From assembly GCA_002269645.1 (NCBI GenBank), contig NIVC01002182.1:67493-86822 (forward strand): a stretch of DNA of 19,330 bases, written 5' to 3'. Source of the stretch: Macrostomum lignano. Taxonomy: Eukaryota. Of the stretch, positions 16,408 through 19,330 are shown piece by piece (within the stretch, counting starts at the first letter, position 1; every line of letters begins with the position of its first letter). The notes under the pieces are model-generated. The model ran no database searches. It was not told where the DNA came from and saw only the letters and a program-made list of their open reading frames with translations. Position numbers and translations under genes: made by a program.

Positions 16408-17709
16408 AGGACCTTTTCGCTTTCGACGTCGCTATTGTCAACTGAAGACAGCTCATCCGCAGACACAAGCTGGGAAAATTAGTACAGATAGGTGTAAGGT
16501 GGGAAGGTAGTTTAATATGAATTAAGTCGGTTTTCTAAAGTTACATGCGTGGTACGTTTATATTTAGCTACCATATGCCACAAAACGTATGTAAAAGAAG
16601 CAGGCAAATTCTTGGGAAGTATAATCATTTCCGCAAAAAGCTCATTAGTATTTCTTAAAAGCATAAGTTAGCAGCATAACTTACCGACAATGGTTGGAAC
16701 TTGTTTCTGTTGTTTATAGTATATAGCTCGTACTTGTAGTACTTTATATAGTAATTGTCAGATACATAATATTGATTAATATTGTTAATGCAAATAGCTG
16801 TGCGTATCTCTTTCTAGAAAGTTCAATAAATATCCAATACAGTATCGTAACGATATATCTATGGTTGTTAGTTCATATCGCAAATACGCTAATACTTTAA
16901 GTGCCTCCCCAAACTGCTCAAGTTTTTTCATCTTGTGTACTTTTTGGTTAAAACTGATAAAATATACTTAATTAAAAGAAGCAAATTTCAACAGTTTCTC
17001 TGCCCAGCAATGTTTCTCCGGCAAATTTTCTTCAAAAGCTTTGATGCTGTCTCGCACCTTCCGGAGGCAGTCAACTCCTCGGCAATATTTTTGGCGGCCT
17101 TCAGTTCAGAAAAACTTTCCGCTACTTGTATTTCCACTACCGTAGACTCTTTTTTGGCAAATGAGATCTTTAATTCGATGGGTCCTAAGGTCCTAAGGAT
17201 TCTTCAGAATCAATTTGGCTCTCATGAGAGGAGGTTTAAGCCCCCATTAAGTATCGCAAATTAGTAAGGTGCGATCTAAAAAATAAACAAATGCATTTTT
17301 GGAAAGAGAAGAAATTGTTGCACTAGGTAGTTTTTTCATGAAGAACCACTCTACCTCTTTTGAAATTGTTAGCAGGGAAGGAACGAGAGCAATGTATTTC
17401 ATTTAAGCTATGCCTCGCTTTTTCAAACCAATGATAAAAGCGTACGAGCCAGCCAAAAAGTGAACTGTGAGGAACAGAATCATAAAATTTACATTTGACG
17501 TACCATATAATTCTTTATAATAGAACCTGGACACTAAGCTGTTTTTGGGAAGCGTACGAACTATTTGGGAGAGCATCTGCCCCAATAGAATACAGTGTTT
17601 TTATGCCTTTTTGCATTGAGCTATCTCTTTTTGCAGCAATTACGCTCATATCTTTCAATTGCATTCCATTTTTAATTTAATAACTAATACATTTTAGGCA
17701 GTTAAAAAA

Positions 17710-17710
<1 letters not shown>

Positions 17711-17808
<98 letters not shown>

Positions 17809-17871
17809 TAGTGTCTGTCTGTCTGTCTTAGTGTCTGTCTGTCTGTCTTAGTGTCTGTCTGTCTGTCTTAG

Positions 17872-17904
<33 letters not shown>

Positions 17905-18011
17905 TAGTGTCTGTCTTAGTGTCTGTCTGTCTGTCTTAGTGTCTGTCTGTCTGTCTTAGTGTCTGTCTTAGTGTCTGTCTGTCTGTCTTAGTGTCTGTCT
18001 GTCTGTCTTAG

Positions 18012-18052
<41 letters not shown>

Positions 18053-18111
18053 TAGTGTCTGTCTTAGTGTCTGTCTGTCTGTCTGTCTGTCTGTCTTAGT
18101 GTCTGTCTTAG

Positions 18112-18172
<61 letters not shown>

Positions 18173-18195
18173 TAGTGTCTGTCTGTCTGTCTTAG

Positions 18196-18250
<55 letters not shown>

Positions 18251-18251
18251 G

Positions 18252-18300
<49 letters not shown>

Positions 18301-18399
18301 TTGTGTCTGTCTTAGTGTCTGTCTGTCTGTCTGTCTGTCTGTCTTAGTGTCTGTCTTAGTGTCTGTCTGTCTGTCTTAGTGTCTGTCTGTCTGTCTTAG

Positions 18400-18472
<73 letters not shown>

Positions 18473-18555
18473 TAGTGTCTGTCTGTCTGTCTTAGTGTCT
18501 GTCTGTCTGTCTTAGTGTCTGTCTGTCTGTCTTAGTGTCTGTCTGTCTGTCTTAG

Positions 18556-18598
<43 letters not shown>
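17711..18598. repeat. ~890-bp (CTGT)n microsatellite interspersed with CTTAGT variant units
   Basis: Direct inspection; it often forms a 20-bp unit CTTAGTGTCTGTCTGTCTGT. Confidence 0.99.
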
Positions 18599-18599
<1 letters not shown>

Positions 18600-18905
18600 C
18601 TGTTTTGTCAGTGCATCCACACCGTCCCTGTACGCACGAATCGCGTCCTCAACCGTGGGAAATCTCTGTCCACGAAGCCCGGCCTTCACCTTCGGATAAC
18701 AGAAAAAAATCACACGGAGCCAGGTCGGGCGAGTAGGGCGGGTGTCCGACCACGGAAACATGATTTTCGGCCAAGAACGTGATGGTTTGCTGCGCCGTGT
18801 GCGAACTCGCGTTGTCGTGGTGCAGGCGAAGGCCGCGGATTCCGCGTTTGGGACGCCGCTCCTGCCACGCCTGCAGCACCTGCGGCAGGCAGACTGTGAC
18901 GCAAG
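18598..18905 (-). pseudogene. Mariner transposase fragment (second, diverged family), truncated at both ends
   Basis: VTVCLPQVL...LHHDNASSH...HPPYSPDLAPCDFFL, a frameshift near 18697, then YPKVKAGLRGQRF. DD34D spacing is kept and no TIRs are seen. Confidence 0.92.
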
Positions 18906-19330
18906 GACCACTGCACTCTCCCTCTTTATACTCCACATTCCACATTATAAAATGACATTCCACACTTAGTAACCACCAATCTATTGGTTATAAATAGCCT
19001 TACAGTTACCTAATTTTATGCTTTGTTTCAGAATGTTTCATGTTTTGATCCAAAGTTTCTACTGATCTTGCATTTCGCCTTTATTTGTGTTTGTTCATTT
19101 TTCATGCATGTTGTCATAATTTTTTCTGGTACATTTTTTCAATAAATGGCTGCCAGTAGCTACCCGACTATTTAAACATTAAGATTTTTTTCAAATGAGA
19201 TCTCGTACAATGACATTGTGTTAGAAATTCACCTATAAACCTTTACTTAATGATTTTTCTACAATTTACGCGCATGTCTAACATCTGTAGACAGTAAGTG
19301 GCAGATAAACAGAATCGACTGTACGTGTTC

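Noticed and set aside
16935-17264. Possible host exon (plus-strand ORF, or a ~60-codon open stretch on the minus strand)
   Set aside because: No recognisable motif or convincing splice or start signals, and there are flanking stops.
18099-18782. ORFs 18099-18347 and 18555-18782 (SVCL repeats)
   Set aside because: These are translations of the microsatellite and of the mariner antisense strand.
1-19330. Assigning a host species or a named Crypton/adintovirus subgroup
   Set aside because: The element mix suggests an invertebrate animal, but nothing in the window is diagnostic without database searches.

Overview
This is eukaryotic DNA, probably from an invertebrate animal, made almost entirely of mobile-element sequence. 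I found no convincing host gene. (1) 1-~7200 is part of an endogenous Polinton/Maverick (adintovirus-like) virus: an A32/FtsK packaging ATPase, a major capsid gene with one nonsense codon, a penton-like gene, candidate core and membrane genes, and a junction near 1890 between two diverged viral copies. pPolB, integrase and protease are not in the window. (2) ~7720-16410 is a Crypton-type (DUF3504) tyrosine-recombinase region. It holds one near-complete recombinase, a divergent truncated one and three short 'LINWxNL' gene remnants. It is punctuated by 15 exact CCATAGAC sites (manual count) and by foldback modules that share one core but carry different arms. An intact mariner and a tRNA-derived SINE are inserted here. 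(3) 17711-18905 is a ~0.9 kb (CTGT)n satellite abutting a broken second mariner. The most interesting signal is the site-gene-site organisation of block 2, which resembles a eukaryotic integron-like cassette array. That reading is a hypothesis; nested, target-specific Crypton derivatives are the conservative alternative. All calls come from manual reading and motif recall, with no searches run.
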